DNA of 64,000 bases from Polyangiales bacterium (lineage in GTDB: Bacteria > Myxococcota_A > Polyangia > Polyangiales > Ga0077539): assembly GCA_044229975.1 (NCBI GenBank), contig JBGARZ010000009.1:1-64000 (forward strand). The letters run 5' to 3'. This document shows positions 19,543 to 30,695 of this stretch, in pieces; the stretch's first letter is position 1; each line of letters begins with the position of its first letter. The notes under the pieces were generated by a model. It was not told the DNA's origin, ran no database searches, and was given only the letters and a program-made list of their open reading frames with translations. The position numbers were made by a program, and so were the translations under genes.

Positions 19543-20588
19543 AGCACTCGTGGCGATGGCTGATCGCGGGGGCGGCGCTGGTGAGCGCGTGCGGTTCACG
19601 TCCGCTGCTGGGTTCGGACACCAAGGACGGCGACGCGGGGGCGAACTCCGACGGCGCGACCGATGGCGCGACCGATGGCAACACGGGTGACCTCGGAACC
19701 GACGGCGCAACCGACGGCGCGACGGACGCGAGCGACGGCGCGACGGACGCGAACGACGGTGCGACGGACGCGAACGACGGCGCGACGGACGGTGCCCTCG
19801 ACGCGGGTGACAGCGCGACGGACGCGGGCGACGGCGCGACCGACGCTGGTGACGGCGCGGTCGATACGGGCGTCACCGACGCGGGCTTCGACGTGGTGGA
19901 TGCCCGTGACGTCGGCACCGATGTCGGCACCGATGTCGGCGCCGATGTCGCGACCGATCGCGGCACGGACACGGGCGTCGACACCGGCGTGGACACTGGC
20001 GTCGATGCGGGGACGGACACGGGCACCGACGCGGGGACGGACACGGGCACCGACGCGGGCAACGCGGACGTGTCGCTCTGCGCGGCGCCGCTGCGCTCTT
20101 GCGGCGGCGTGTGCACGGACGTCCAGACCAACGCCGCCAACTGCGGCGCCTGCGGGGTGACCTGCGGCGCCGGGTTGGTCTGCCGCTCGGGCGCCTGCGC
20201 GACGACGTGCGCGGGAACGCTGGTGAGCTGCGGCCTCCTCTGCACCAATCTCCGCTCCGATCCGGACAACTGCGGGTCGTGCGGCAGCAGCTGCGCGGGC
20301 GGCCTGCTGTGCAGCGACATGCTGTGCGTCTGCCCGCTGGGTCAGCGCCTTTGTAGCGGCGCCTGCGTCGACACCAACAGCGACACTTCGAACTGTGGCG
20401 GGTGCGGTGTGACCTGCACCGCGGGCCAGGTGTGCGGCGCCGGGAGCTGCCGGGTGTCGTGCCCGTCGGGGACGACCAACTGCGGCGGTGAGTGCGTCAA
20501 CCTCGCGCTCAACCGCAACCACTGCGGCGCCTGTAACAATCGGTGCCGCGGCCTCCTCACCTGCCTCCTTGGTCTGTGCACGCTCTAA
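19539..20588 (+). CDS. Cys-rich lipoprotein with Asp-rich tether and Stig1-like repeats
   Basis: ATGA overlap; lipobox VSAC; DGATDA/DTG repeats; four C-x-D/N-x3-(D/N)xx(N/H)CGxC units. Confidence 0.85.
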   Translation: MKHSWRWLIAGAALVSACGSRPLLGSDTKDGDAGANSDGATDGATDGNTGDLGTDGATDGATDASDGATDANDGATDANDGATDGALDAGDSATDAGDGATDAGDGAVDTGVTDAGFDVVDARDVGTDVGTDVGADVATDRGTDTGVDTGVDTGVDAGTDTGTDAGTDTGTDAGNADVSLCAAPLRSCGGVCTDVQTNAANCGACGVTCGAGLVCRSGACATTCAGTLVSCGLLCTNLRSDPDNCGSCGSSCAGGLLCSDMLCVCPLGQRLCSGACVDTNSDTSNCGGCGVTCTAGQVCGAGSCRVSCPSGTTNCGGECVNLALNRNHCGACNNRCRGLLTCLLGLCTL

Positions 20589-20605
20589 GAAGGACGGATG
20601 ACCTG

Positions 20606-22468
20606 ATGACGAACCGGAGCCAGGCCAGGAGCGACAAGGGACGGGGCAAGACCCGGCAGGACGGCGGGCCCATGGTCGACGGGAGGGAGTCCGGTCTGCG
20701 CGAACGCCCGTCGGACGGCTCACGTTGGATCGACCGCTATCACCTCCTCCACTGCGTCGCCGTGGGCGGCATGGGAGAGGTGCACCTCGCGCTGCGCCGC
20801 GCGGACGGAGAGTTTCGTCGCTGGGTCGCGCTCAAGCTGGTGCACCCCGACGTGGCCGGGTCGAAGCGCTTCGTGGAGATGTTTCGCACCGAGGCGCGAC
20901 TCGCGGCGCGGCTCGACTCGCCGCACATCTGCGCGGTGCATGATTTCGGGGTCGTTCAGGGCACGCCGTACCTCGCGATGGAGTACCTGCACGGGCTGCC
21001 GTTCGCGCTCCTGGGTCAGCGCGCGGCCGTCACCGGTGGCGTGCCCCCGCACATCGCCGCCCGCGTGGTGGCCGACGCCGCGCGTGGCCTCGCGGCGGCC
21101 CACGCCCACTGCGACGACCAGGGCGAGCTACAACCCGTGGTGCACCGCGATGTCTCGCCGCACAACCTCATGGTGCTCTACTCGGGCACCACCAAGGTCG
21201 TGGACTTCGGCATCGCGCGACCCGTCGACGACCGCCGGGAGTTCACCCGCACCGGCGAGGTGCGCGGCAAGGTCGCGTACATGCCGCCGGAGCAGCTCCG
21301 CGGCGACACGCCGCACCCGACGATGGACATCTGGGCGCTCGGAGTGCTGCTCTGGGAGGTGACCCTGGGGCGACGGCTGTTCTGTCAGGCGACGGACGTG
21401 GAGACGATGACCCGCGTGATGGTCGACCCCATCCCCACGCCGGGATCGATGCAGCAGACCTACCCCGCGGCCCTGGAGGCGGTGGTGATGCGCGCGCTCC
21501 AGCGCGACCCGAAGCAGCGCTACGCCTCGGCGCTCGACATGGCGCGCGACCTCGAAGCGTACGTGAAGTCGTGCGGCTACGACGGTCACGACTTCATCAC
21601 CGACTACCTCGCGCAGCACTTCGAGGCGGACAAGAACACCCGCGAGACGCTGCTCCGTGACCTCGCGCGGGACGTGCGCGACGCCCCCATCGACCTCGTG
21701 GTGCGGCGCGCGACGCTGCCCGGCGAGGAGATCCAGGAGCTCAGCTTCGAGGACGTGTCGCGCGAGCGGCCGACGCTGCCCACCGGGCGCGGCGAAGAGG
21801 ACGAGAAGTACCCGCACATCGGTGGGCTCCCGACGCTGCGCGCACCGCGGGTCGACGTCGAGGTCACGCCCGTCGCGACCGTGACCGCTCCGCACGCCGC
21901 GAAGCCGTCGCGACGGGGCATGGGGCTCGCGCTGCTCTCGCTGGTGGGCATCGCGGTCACCCTCGTCACCGGCGCGCTGCTCTTGAACCGCGCGCCCGCC
22001 GCGCCCGTGCGCCGACCGACGCCGACGCCCGCTGTCGTGACCCCGACGGTGAGTGCGCCAGAGGTGATCGCCGCGCCCGTGGTGGCTGCGCCGGTGGCCA
22101 TCGCCGCGCCGGTCGTGGCGGCGCCCGCGACGCACCAGCCGACGACACCGGACCCTCTCCGGGAGGTGCGACGGGCGCCCGTGCGCGCGGTGGCGTCGCC
22201 GACGACGACCCACACCGCGGCGCCGGCGACGACCATGGCCGCGACCACCGCGACGGGGCGACTGTCGCTGCGCTCGGCGGTGCCGGGGAGCGTCTTCGAG
22301 GGCAGCCGACGCATCGGGCACACCCCGCTGGTGGGCGTCGCGCTCTCGCCCGGAACGCACTCGCTGCGAGTGGTTCCGGACGAGGAGGGCGGGACGGTGC
22401 AGGAGCTGGAGGTGGAGATCGAGTCGGGCGCGGAGTCGACGGTGTCACTCCGCGGGGACGGTCACTGA
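20606..22468 (+). CDS. Membrane Ser/Thr protein kinase with C-terminal PEGA-like domain
   Basis: GGMGEV, VALK, HRDVSPHN, DFGIA, YMPPEQ, DIWALG; TM helix; Pro/Ala linker; IGHTPL..LSPGTH. Start uncertain (20606 or 20672). Confidence 0.92.
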   Translation: MTNRSQARSDKGRGKTRQDGGPMVDGRESGLRERPSDGSRWIDRYHLLHCVAVGGMGEVHLALRRADGEFRRWVALKLVHPDVAGSKRFVEMFRTEARLAARLDSPHICAVHDFGVVQGTPYLAMEYLHGLPFALLGQRAAVTGGVPPHIAARVVADAARGLAAAHAHCDDQGELQPVVHRDVSPHNLMVLYSGTTKVVDFGIARPVDDRREFTRTGEVRGKVAYMPPEQLRGDTPHPTMDIWALGVLLWEVTLGRRLFCQATDVETMTRVMVDPIPTPGSMQQTYPAALEAVVMRALQRDPKQRYASALDMARDLEAYVKSCGYDGHDFITDYLAQHFEADKNTRETLLRDLARDVRDAPIDLVVRRATLPGEEIQELSFEDVSRERPTLPTGRGEEDEKYPHIGGLPTLRAPRVDVEVTPVATVTAPHAAKPSRRGMGLALLSLVGIAVTLVTGALLLNRAPAAPVRRPTPTPAVVTPTVSAPEVIAAPVVAAPVAIAAPVVAAPATHQPTTPDPLREVRRAPVRAVASPTTTHTAAPATTMAATTATGRLSLRSAVPGSVFEGSRRIGHTPLVGVALSPGTHSLRVVPDEEGGTVQELEVEIESGAESTVSLRGDGH

Positions 22469-22475
22469 CCGACGG

Positions 22476-23183
22476 TCAGCGCCAGCGGCCGGGGATGTAC
22501 ACGGTGTTGCGGCCGCGACGCTCGACGCGCGGCGCCACCCACTGGGCGCGGGGACGCGGCGGCGCCTCGAAGTGCCCTTCGGTCCAGGCGTACTGGTTGT
22601 TGGTCCAGGCGTAGTAGCCGGGGATCCAGGTCTGGCCGCGCGGGGTCATGCGAGGGCGGCGGTCAGGCCGCGGGCGCGGCATCGCCATCGGCACCGCGAT
22701 GAACCCACCGGGCAAGGTCGGCTGCATCTGCGGCTGCATCTGCGGCTGCATCTGCGGCTGCATCTGCGGCTGCATCTGCGGCTGCATCACGGGCACCGCG
22801 ACGGTGGGCTGCATCGTCGGCTGCATCACCGGAACGGCCACGGGTCGCTCGGGCTGCGACGTGCCACCCCAGCGACCCGCGCGGAACATGTAGCGACCGT
22901 TCTGGCGCTCCCACCGCGGGGCCTCCCAGGTCTGCGCGGGCTGCGGCGGGCGCTCCCAGTGACCGGCGTTCCAGGAGTACTGCGTGCCGTTCCAGGTCCA
23001 GTAGCCGGCGACCCAGGTGTGGCCGGGGCCCGGCGAAGGCGTCGGGTTCTCCGCCTGGATCGCCGGGGGCGGCTGCGTCGGTCCCATCACCCCCTGCTGA
23101 GCAATCACCTGCTGCGCCCCCGCGGCAAACGGAACAGCGAGCAGACCCAGCGCGACCAACGAAGCACGTAGAGAAATGACCAT
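22476..23183 (-). CDS. Secreted YXWGXW/WXXGXW-repeat protein
   Basis: AAGGAGA SD; signal peptide; two WVAGYWTWNG..W..GHW modules joined by a QPQM linker. Confidence 0.88.
   Translation of the reverse strand: MVISLRASLVALGLLAVPFAAGAQQVIAQQGVMGPTQPPPAIQAENPTPSPGPGHTWVAGYWTWNGTQYSWNAGHWERPPQPAQTWEAPRWERQNGRYMFRAGRWGGTSQPERPVAVPVMQPTMQPTVAVPVMQPQMQPQMQPQMQPQMQPQMQPTLPGGFIAVPMAMPRPRPDRRPRMTPRGQTWIPGYYAWTNNQYAWTEGHFEAPPRPRAQWVAPRVERRGRNTVYIPGRWR
22719..22788. repeat. Perfect 12-bp tandem repeat (CGGCTGCATCTG) x5.8 encoding (QMQP)n
   Basis: Five identical units plus 10 nt, read directly from the sequence. Confidence 0.95.
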
Positions 23184-23219
23184 GGCGATCTCCTTGAGCG
23201 GTCGCGGCGTGCGCATCGG

Positions 23220-23234
23220 GCACCGCATGTGCCC
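23220..23234 (-). promoter_or_regulatory. Candidate sigma54 -24/-12 promoter for the YXWGXW gene
   Basis: GGGCACATGCGGTGC has GG-N10-GC spacing with GGCAC and TGC, 36 nt upstream of the ATG and downstream of a sigma54 activator gene. Confidence 0.45.
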
Positions 23235-23349
23235 TCTTGATGTCGCATCCGCGAGTGCCGTCTCCATGACGGACCTGGACGACGGACGACGGCCACTTCC
23301 TACGGTCGGAGAGCGAAATTTACAGCCCCCCAAAAGGGCTGCGACGCCT

Positions 23350-24723
<1,374 letters not shown>

Positions 24724-24770
24724 CCGCGCTACCGCCGGGCGACTCTATTCGTCCCGCAGGAGTAGCGCCA

Positions 24771-27700
24771 TCACTCTGCGAAGGCGCCCCACACCCCCGC
24801 GAGCACCCCAGTCCGGGTGTGCTCGGGAATCGCCTCCAGGAAGCACTGCCGCAGCGCCTCATCGCTGATCTTCGCGGCCCGCTCGTGGAGCCGTCGACGG
24901 GCGTCGCCGATGACCTGCCGGGCGCCCGCGCGATCGCCGAGCGCGTCACGGGTCTCCGCGTCCATCAACCGGATGAGCGCCTCGCCCTCCTCGATGCCAC
25001 CGATCTCATCGAGCAGCTCCGCGGCCGTCGCCGCCGCCGCCCGCGCCTCGTCCGCCCGACCCGCGGCCAGCAGCACCTCGGCCTGCGCCGCCAGCGCCAC
25101 CGCCCGCGACGGAGCGCCGTCCCCGAGGAGCTCGACCCCGCGCGCTGCTTCTTCCGCCGCGCCGGCGTGCTTGCCCGCCAGCGACAGGATGCGCGCGAGA
25201 TACACCCGCGCGAAGCCCGCAAGGCGTCGATGACCCTGCGCCACGAAGGCCGCCAACGCCTCGCGCTCCAGGGCCTCTGCCTCGACGAGCTGCCCGCGGC
25301 GGGCGAGCACCATCCCGAGGTTGTGCCGAGCCATCCACGCCGCGCTGTTGACGCCCAGCGCCTCGGCCTGCGCCAGCACCTCGCGCATCACGGCTTCGGC
25401 GCCCACGAAGTCGCCGAGCTCCTGCAGCGCGTAGCCCACGTTGCCCCGCTGCGCGCACGCGCTGCTCCGGTCGCCCGCGCGCTCGAAGTCCGCCGCGATC
25501 TGCGCCGTGAGCTTCAGGTACGCCGCCGGATCACCCGCGCGCAGTGCTTCGACCGCGTGCAGGCGGCGCCGCCACGCGAGCACCACCGGATCGTCCGTCG
25601 CAGGGTCGTCGGAGGCCGCGTCGAGGCACACGCGCAGCATCGCCGCTTCGGCCAGGCGACCCGCTTGAATGAGGTGGATGGCGGTGCGCGAGAGGGCGAT
25701 CACGCGACTCCCAGCGGCGCCCGGCGCGGGTGCGGTATCGACCAAGGCGTACGCGAGGGACACCAGGCGCTCGCGGGCGTGGATGCGCAGGGTCGTCGTC
25801 GCGAGGTCGGCCACCGCGAGGTGCCACGCCGCGCCGCCCTGAGGGAGCAGCGCCACCGCCTCCTCGCCCGCCGCCGCGGCCTGGGCGTTTTCTTCGCGCA
25901 GCGAGTGGGCCCGCGCCTCGACCCGGCGAACCGCGCCCAGCGCCTCGCCCATCACCCCCGAAGCGCGCGCCCGCTCGGCCCAGGTGAGCGCCTCCGCAAG
26001 AGCAAGGCCCTCCAGCGCCTGCTCGGCCGCGCGATGAAACCACCGCGCCGCCAGCTCGGGCTCGTCGCCGCGCGCGAAGTGCTCCGCCAGCACGGCAGGA
26101 TCACCCTCGCCCGTCTCCAACAACCACCGCCCCGCGAGGCGATGACCGAGCACCCGGTCGGCCTCGGTGAGCAGCGCGTACGACGCCTCCCTCAAGAGCG
26201 TGTGGCGGAAGGCGTAGACCTCGCCGCGGCGCACCAGCACCTCCGCGTCGACGAGCTGCCGCAGCCGGTCGCCCACCTGCGTCGTGCGGTCGACGCCGCC
26301 CAGCAGCGCCGCCACGCCGCGGTCGATAAACTCCCGCCCGAACACGCTCGCCGCCCGCAGCACCCGCCGCGCCTGCGGGTCGAGGCGATCGAGCCGCGCC
26401 GCGACCATCGCCAGCACCGTCTCCGGCAGCGCCTCGTCACCGCCGTCCGCCACCGCGCGCACCAGCTCTTCGAGGTAGAGCGGATTGCCCTCGGAGCGAT
26501 CGACGAGCCGCTCGACCACCGCGGGCGTCGCGCGGTCGCCGAGGGCTTCGCGGGCGATGCGTTCGCGCGCGGCGCGGGAGAGCGGGCCGAGCGAGAGGGT
26601 GAGCCCGATGGAGTCGCCGAGGGCCGCCGGGAGGTCTTCGCGCAGGTCGGGGCGCGCGAGCGCGAGCAGCAGCACGGGGCGATCGGTGAGCGACCGCAGC
26701 GAGGCGCCGATGAGACGCACGCTCGCGAGGTCGCCCCACTGGAGGTCTTCGAGCACCAGCGCCATCGGCGACGCCGCGCTCTCCGCCGCGAGCCAGTGCG
26801 TCAACGCCCGCCGGAGCTGGTCGCCCATGAGCGTCGCGTCGCGCCTCGCCGCGCGCAGCTCGACGTGCGCCTCGTCGGGCAGCGGTGCGCCGATGACCTC
26901 GCCGAGAAACGCCGTGGCCCGGTCGAGCTCCGGTCCCGCGAGGTGGCGCGACAGACGCGCGCGGAGCTTCTGCGCCCGCAACGACGGTGCATCACCATCG
27001 AGCACACCCGCGGCGCGGCGCACCCAGCGCGACAACAACCCGAACGGGGAGTGCGCGCCCACCGGGTCGCCCGCGGCGATCCACACCTCGGCCGCGGGCG
27101 AGCGCTCGTCGATGAGCCGAACGATCTCCTGCCGTAGCCGCGATTTCCCCGCGCCCGACGGCGCCGTCACCAGCACCGCCTGCGCCGCGGGGCCCTCCAC
27201 GCACCCCTCCCACGCGCCCATCAGAACGCCGATCTCACGGTCGCGCCCCACGCACGCCGTCGGCCGTCCCAGCAGCGTGCGCGCCGTCGACGCGGCCTCG
27301 CGCTCGCCCGCCAGGACGAAGCCCGGCAGGGCGCTCGCGCCCCGCAGGTCGAAGCGCGCGTCGAGCAACCCCGCCGTGGTCTCGTCGACCACCAGCGATC
27401 CATCACCCGCCGCCCGCAGCCGCCGCAGCCACTCGGCCGCGCGGTCGATGACGACCCCGACCGGCAGTCGATCGGCCATCGTCGCGCGACCCGTCGCGAG
27501 CACCACCGCGGCCTCCGGGCGCACCGTCTTCAGCGCCAGCGCGCAGCGCGCCGCGCGGGCCGCGTGGTCGGTGACGCCGCCCACCCTCGCCAGCGTCGCG
27601 AGCGCCACCCCGCCGAGCAGCGGTTCGAGCACGGCGCCGAAGGGAGCGGCGACCTCCTGCAAGCGCGCGAAGGTCAGGTCGAGATCGGTGGTCTCGACGG

Positions 27701-28643
27701 TGACGGCCTCGGAGGCGTCGGGCCCGCCGCCGTTGGGCGCCACCAGGATCACGCTCACGAGCTGCTGCTCCTTCGCGGTGAGCGTCGGCGTCGGGTCGCG
27801 TCGCGGACCGCCGCCGTGATCGGCCACGACGTCGACGAGCGAGCGCAGCGCCTCGGCCACCGCGGCGCCATCGGGCGGGCGGCGCGACGGGTCCTTGGCG
27901 AGCATGCGAACCACGAGCGCATCGAGCTCGGCGGGTATCTCCCCGCGCAGGTCGCGCGGCGACGGAACATCGGCCGCGAGGATCTTGGCGAGCACGGCGA
28001 CGAAGTGATCGCCGACGAAGGGAGGACGGCCCGTGAGGAGCTCGAAGAGCACGCAGCCCAGAGAGAACACGTCGGCGGCGGGGCCGATGGTGATGCCGCC
28101 GCGGGCCTGCTCGGGGGCGAGGTAGCCGGGTGTTCCGAGGATGGCGCCGGTGCGGGTGAGCGAGCCGTGGAGGGCCGCGCGCGCGATGCCGAAGTCGATG
28201 ACCTTCACGGCCCCGACGTCACCGTCCACGAGGAAGAGGTTGCTCGGCTTCACGTCGCGGTGGACCACGCCCTGCGCGTGGGCGTACCCGAGGGCGTCGG
28301 CGGCGCGCGCCACGAGGCGGAGGCCATCGGCCATCGGGACGCCGCGGTCGTAGAGGGTGGCGGCGAGGTCCTTCCCGTCGAGCCACTCCATGGCGAGGTA
28401 GTGCTGGCCCGCGTCGGCCACGCCGTGGCTCACGTAGCGAACGATCGCCGGGTGCGTAAACGACGCGAGCAGCTCGGCTTCGCGGACGAAGCGCCGGTCG
28501 TGCACGCCGCCGCCGGGGACCACCTTCACGGCGACGGTGCGGCCGGTGGCCTGGTCGAGCGCGCGGTACACGCTGCCCATTCCCCCGGCCGCGGCGAGGC
28601 GTTCGAGGACGAAGCGATCCGCGATGACCTGACCGGGCTGCAC
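24771..28643 (-). CDS. Ser/Thr kinase - AAA/STAND ATPase - TPR multidomain protein
   Basis: GGMGSVY, HRDVKPSN, DFGIA, GTPGYLAPEQ; CVGRDRE, APSGAGKS, LEDLQWGD, GNPLYLEEL; helical repeats at the C-terminus. Start 28643 or 28667. Confidence 0.93.
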   Translation of the reverse strand: MQPGQVIADRFVLERLAAAGGMGSVYRALDQATGRTVAVKVVPGGGVHDRRFVREAELLASFTHPAIVRYVSHGVADAGQHYLAMEWLDGKDLAATLYDRGVPMADGLRLVARAADALGYAHAQGVVHRDVKPSNLFLVDGDVGAVKVIDFGIARAALHGSLTRTGAILGTPGYLAPEQARGGITIGPAADVFSLGCVLFELLTGRPPFVGDHFVAVLAKILAADVPSPRDLRGEIPAELDALVVRMLAKDPSRRPPDGAAVAEALRSLVDVVADHGGGPRRDPTPTLTAKEQQLVSVILVAPNGGGPDASEAVTVETTDLDLTFARLQEVAAPFGAVLEPLLGGVALATLARVGGVTDHAARAARCALALKTVRPEAAVVLATGRATMADRLPVGVVIDRAAEWLRRLRAAGDGSLVVDETTAGLLDARFDLRGASALPGFVLAGEREAASTARTLLGRPTACVGRDREIGVLMGAWEGCVEGPAAQAVLVTAPSGAGKSRLRQEIVRLIDERSPAAEVWIAAGDPVGAHSPFGLLSRWVRRAAGVLDGDAPSLRAQKLRARLSRHLAGPELDRATAFLGEVIGAPLPDEAHVELRAARRDATLMGDQLRRALTHWLAAESAASPMALVLEDLQWGDLASVRLIGASLRSLTDRPVLLLALARPDLREDLPAALGDSIGLTLSLGPLSRAARERIAREALGDRATPAVVERLVDRSEGNPLYLEELVRAVADGGDEALPETVLAMVAARLDRLDPQARRVLRAASVFGREFIDRGVAALLGGVDRTTQVGDRLRQLVDAEVLVRRGEVYAFRHTLLREASYALLTEADRVLGHRLAGRWLLETGEGDPAVLAEHFARGDEPELAARWFHRAAEQALEGLALAEALTWAERARASGVMGEALGAVRRVEARAHSLREENAQAAAAGEEAVALLPQGGAAWHLAVADLATTTLRIHARERLVSLAYALVDTAPAPGAAGSRVIALSRTAIHLIQAGRLAEAAMLRVCLDAASDDPATDDPVVLAWRRRLHAVEALRAGDPAAYLKLTAQIAADFERAGDRSSACAQRGNVGYALQELGDFVGAEAVMREVLAQAEALGVNSAAWMARHNLGMVLARRGQLVEAEALEREALAAFVAQGHRRLAGFARVYLARILSLAGKHAGAAEEAARGVELLGDGAPSRAVALAAQAEVLLAAGRADEARAAAATAAELLDEIGGIEEGEALIRLMDAETRDALGDRAGARQVIGDARRRLHERAAKISDEALRQCFLEAIPEHTRTGVLAGVWGAFAE

Positions 28644-28718
28644 GGCGGGGCGCGGAGTATCACACAAGCCCGTCCGCGCCGTTGACCCGATCGTCGCGGG
28701 TCACTACACCCGCGCCCG

Positions 28719-29366
28719 ATGGTCGGCGCCCTGTCGTTCGGATTGACCGCGTTCACGTCGCTCTTCGCGATCGTCGATCCGTTTGCGGCGCTGCCGGTCT
28801 ACCTCGCGCTCACCTCGGGCGCGTCGCCCGAACACCGCCGCAGCACCGCGCTACGGGCATCGGTCACCGCGCTCTCGGTGCTGGTGGTGTTCGCGGTGTC
28901 GGGGCAGGTGTTGTTTCAGTTCTTCGGCATCTCCATCGGTGCCTTCAAGGTGGCCGGGGGTCTGCTGCTCTTCAGCGTCGCGTTCTCGATGATGAACGCC
29001 CAGGTCTCCCCCACGAAGGGCACCGCCGCGGAAAACGCCGACGCCTCCTCGCGCGGCGACGTCGGCCTCATGCCGGTGGGCATTCCGCTGCTGTCGGGGC
29101 CCGGCGCCATCGCGTCGTCCATGGTGCTCTCGGCGCGCGCGAGGAGCCTCGGCGAGAAGGCCGCGCTGGTGGCGGCGATCGTCGCGGTGGGCCTGGTGAC
29201 GTGGCTGGTGCTGCGGAGCGCGACGCGCATCGCCCGCGTGCTGGGTTTGACGGGCATGAACATCATCGCCCGCGTGATGGGATTGATCCTCGCCGCGGTG
29301 GCCGCGCAGTTCGTCATCGACGGGCTCATCGCGTCGTTTCCGGTGCTGTCGCAGCACCGCGGGTGA
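28719..29366 (+). CDS. MarC family membrane protein
   Basis: SLFAIVDPF, FKVAGGLLL, PVGIPLLSGPGAI, RVMGLILAAVA. Confidence 0.93.
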   Translation: MVGALSFGLTAFTSLFAIVDPFAALPVYLALTSGASPEHRRSTALRASVTALSVLVVFAVSGQVLFQFFGISIGAFKVAGGLLLFSVAFSMMNAQVSPTKGTAAENADASSRGDVGLMPVGIPLLSGPGAIASSMVLSARARSLGEKAALVAAIVAVGLVTWLVLRSATRIARVLGLTGMNIIARVMGLILAAVAAQFVIDGLIASFPVLSQHRG

Positions 29367-29370
29367 GCGC

Positions 29371-30360
29371 TCACCCCTTCGCGCGCTTCGCCTGCTTGCG
29401 TGCCACCGCTGCGTTGCGCTTCGCCACCAGCGCCGCGCCCGGTGCCCTGCCCTTCAGCGGAAGCTGCTCCTCGTGGTGCTCGTCGAGCGTCCCTGGCGCC
29501 ATGCCCAGCTCGAAGATCGCCACCTCGCGCTTGCCGCGCTCACCCAGGCGGATCGGGATCACCGCCGCCCCGATGCCCGCGCCTACGTAGACCGCGCCGC
29601 CCGGCGCCACGCCCTTCTGTCGCGTGCCGTAGAGGCCGTGCACGTACTTGTGCCCGGCGAGGTGCCCGATGGCGAGCTCGTGCAGCCGCGCAAGCGTCAC
29701 CTGCCCCGCGTGCGTGTGGCCTGATAGAACCAATCCGACGCCCCGCGGCCAGAGGCGATCGGCCTCTTCCGCGATGTGCGAGAGGCCGAGCGTGGGCAGG
29801 TCGGTGCGCAGGCCCTTGAGGGCGCGCTCGCGGTCGGCGTGGCCGGTGTACGCGTCGTCGAGGCCGAGGAGCTGGAGCCTCTGATGGCGCAGGGTGATGA
29901 TGGTGTGGACGTTGTCGAGCACCTCGACGCCGCCGCGCTTCAAGGCCATGCGAACCTCGTCGGCGCCCGACCAGTGGTCGTGGTTGCCCATCACGCCGAC
30001 GACGGGCGCCTTGAAGCCGCGCACGAGCGCTTCGAGCTGATCGAGGTACTTCTGGCTGTGGCAGACGAAGTCCCCCGTGATGACCACGAGGTCGGGCTTG
30101 GCTTCGTTGGTGAGGGCGACCGCGGCGTTCTGGATGGCCATCGGGGTGACGCGGCCGACGTGGAGGTCGGTGAGGTGCGCGACGCGTATCCCGTCGAGTT
30201 GCTCGACGAAGGAAGCGGGACCGGCGAAGTGGCGCACCGCGATGAGGCTGCGGGGGTCGCGCTTGCCGAGCCAGAGCAGGCCGGCCTTCTCGCCCGCCGC
30301 GCCGCCCGAGAGCATCTCCGCGAACTCCTTGGGGGGGACCGAGTGGCGTTCGTCGTCCAT
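29371..30360 (-). CDS. Calcineurin-like metallophosphoesterase (YkuE-like)
   Basis: DLH, GD, GNHD, LSH and GHTH metal-binding motifs. Confidence 0.9.
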   Translation of the reverse strand: MDDERHSVPPKEFAEMLSGGAAGEKAGLLWLGKRDPRSLIAVRHFAGPASFVEQLDGIRVAHLTDLHVGRVTPMAIQNAAVALTNEAKPDLVVITGDFVCHSQKYLDQLEALVRGFKAPVVGVMGNHDHWSGADEVRMALKRGGVEVLDNVHTIITLRHQRLQLLGLDDAYTGHADRERALKGLRTDLPTLGLSHIAEEADRLWPRGVGLVLSGHTHAGQVTLARLHELAIGHLAGHKYVHGLYGTRQKGVAPGGAVYVGAGIGAAVIPIRLGERGKREVAIFELGMAPGTLDEHHEEQLPLKGRAPGAALVAKRNAAVARKQAKRAKG

Positions 30361-30458
30361 GAGTTGGCGTCGTACCTCGTGAGGGTGGGAGAGCGATCGG
30401 AAGTCGGGGGAATCGTCGGGTACGATGGGCGCGGCGTCGAGAGTCTTTCGACGGGGTC

Positions 30459-30695
30459 GTGAGCCGGAGTTCGCGTAAGCCCCATTGAATCGAAGTGCAG
30501 TCGCTCACTCCGGGCTATTTCAGGTGGTCACCTCGCGGCGCGAGGTTGCAGTGACTCTCGGCTGGCCATGACCGGATCGATGGCTGCTCATGGGAGCTAG
30601 CGATGCAACCTCGCGCCGCGAGGTGACCACCTGAAATAGCCCGGAGTGAGCGACTGCACTTCGATTCAATCGGGCTTACGCGAACTCCGGCTCAC
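30459..30695. repeat. 92-bp near-perfect inverted repeat with a 53-nt spacer (MITE/REPIN-like)
   Basis: 30459-30550 matches the reverse complement of 30604-30695 with one mismatch; each arm contains an internal palindrome ACCTCGCG-N-CGCGAGGT. Confidence 0.93.

Noticed and set aside
18058..20588. Calling the pair traAB
   Set aside because: The partner lacks PA14 and MYXO-CTERM and the gene order is reversed; only architectural similarity is supported.
23244..23260. Second sigma54-like element CGGCACTCGCGGATGC on the minus strand
   Set aside because: GG-to-GC spacing is 11 nt rather than the required 10.
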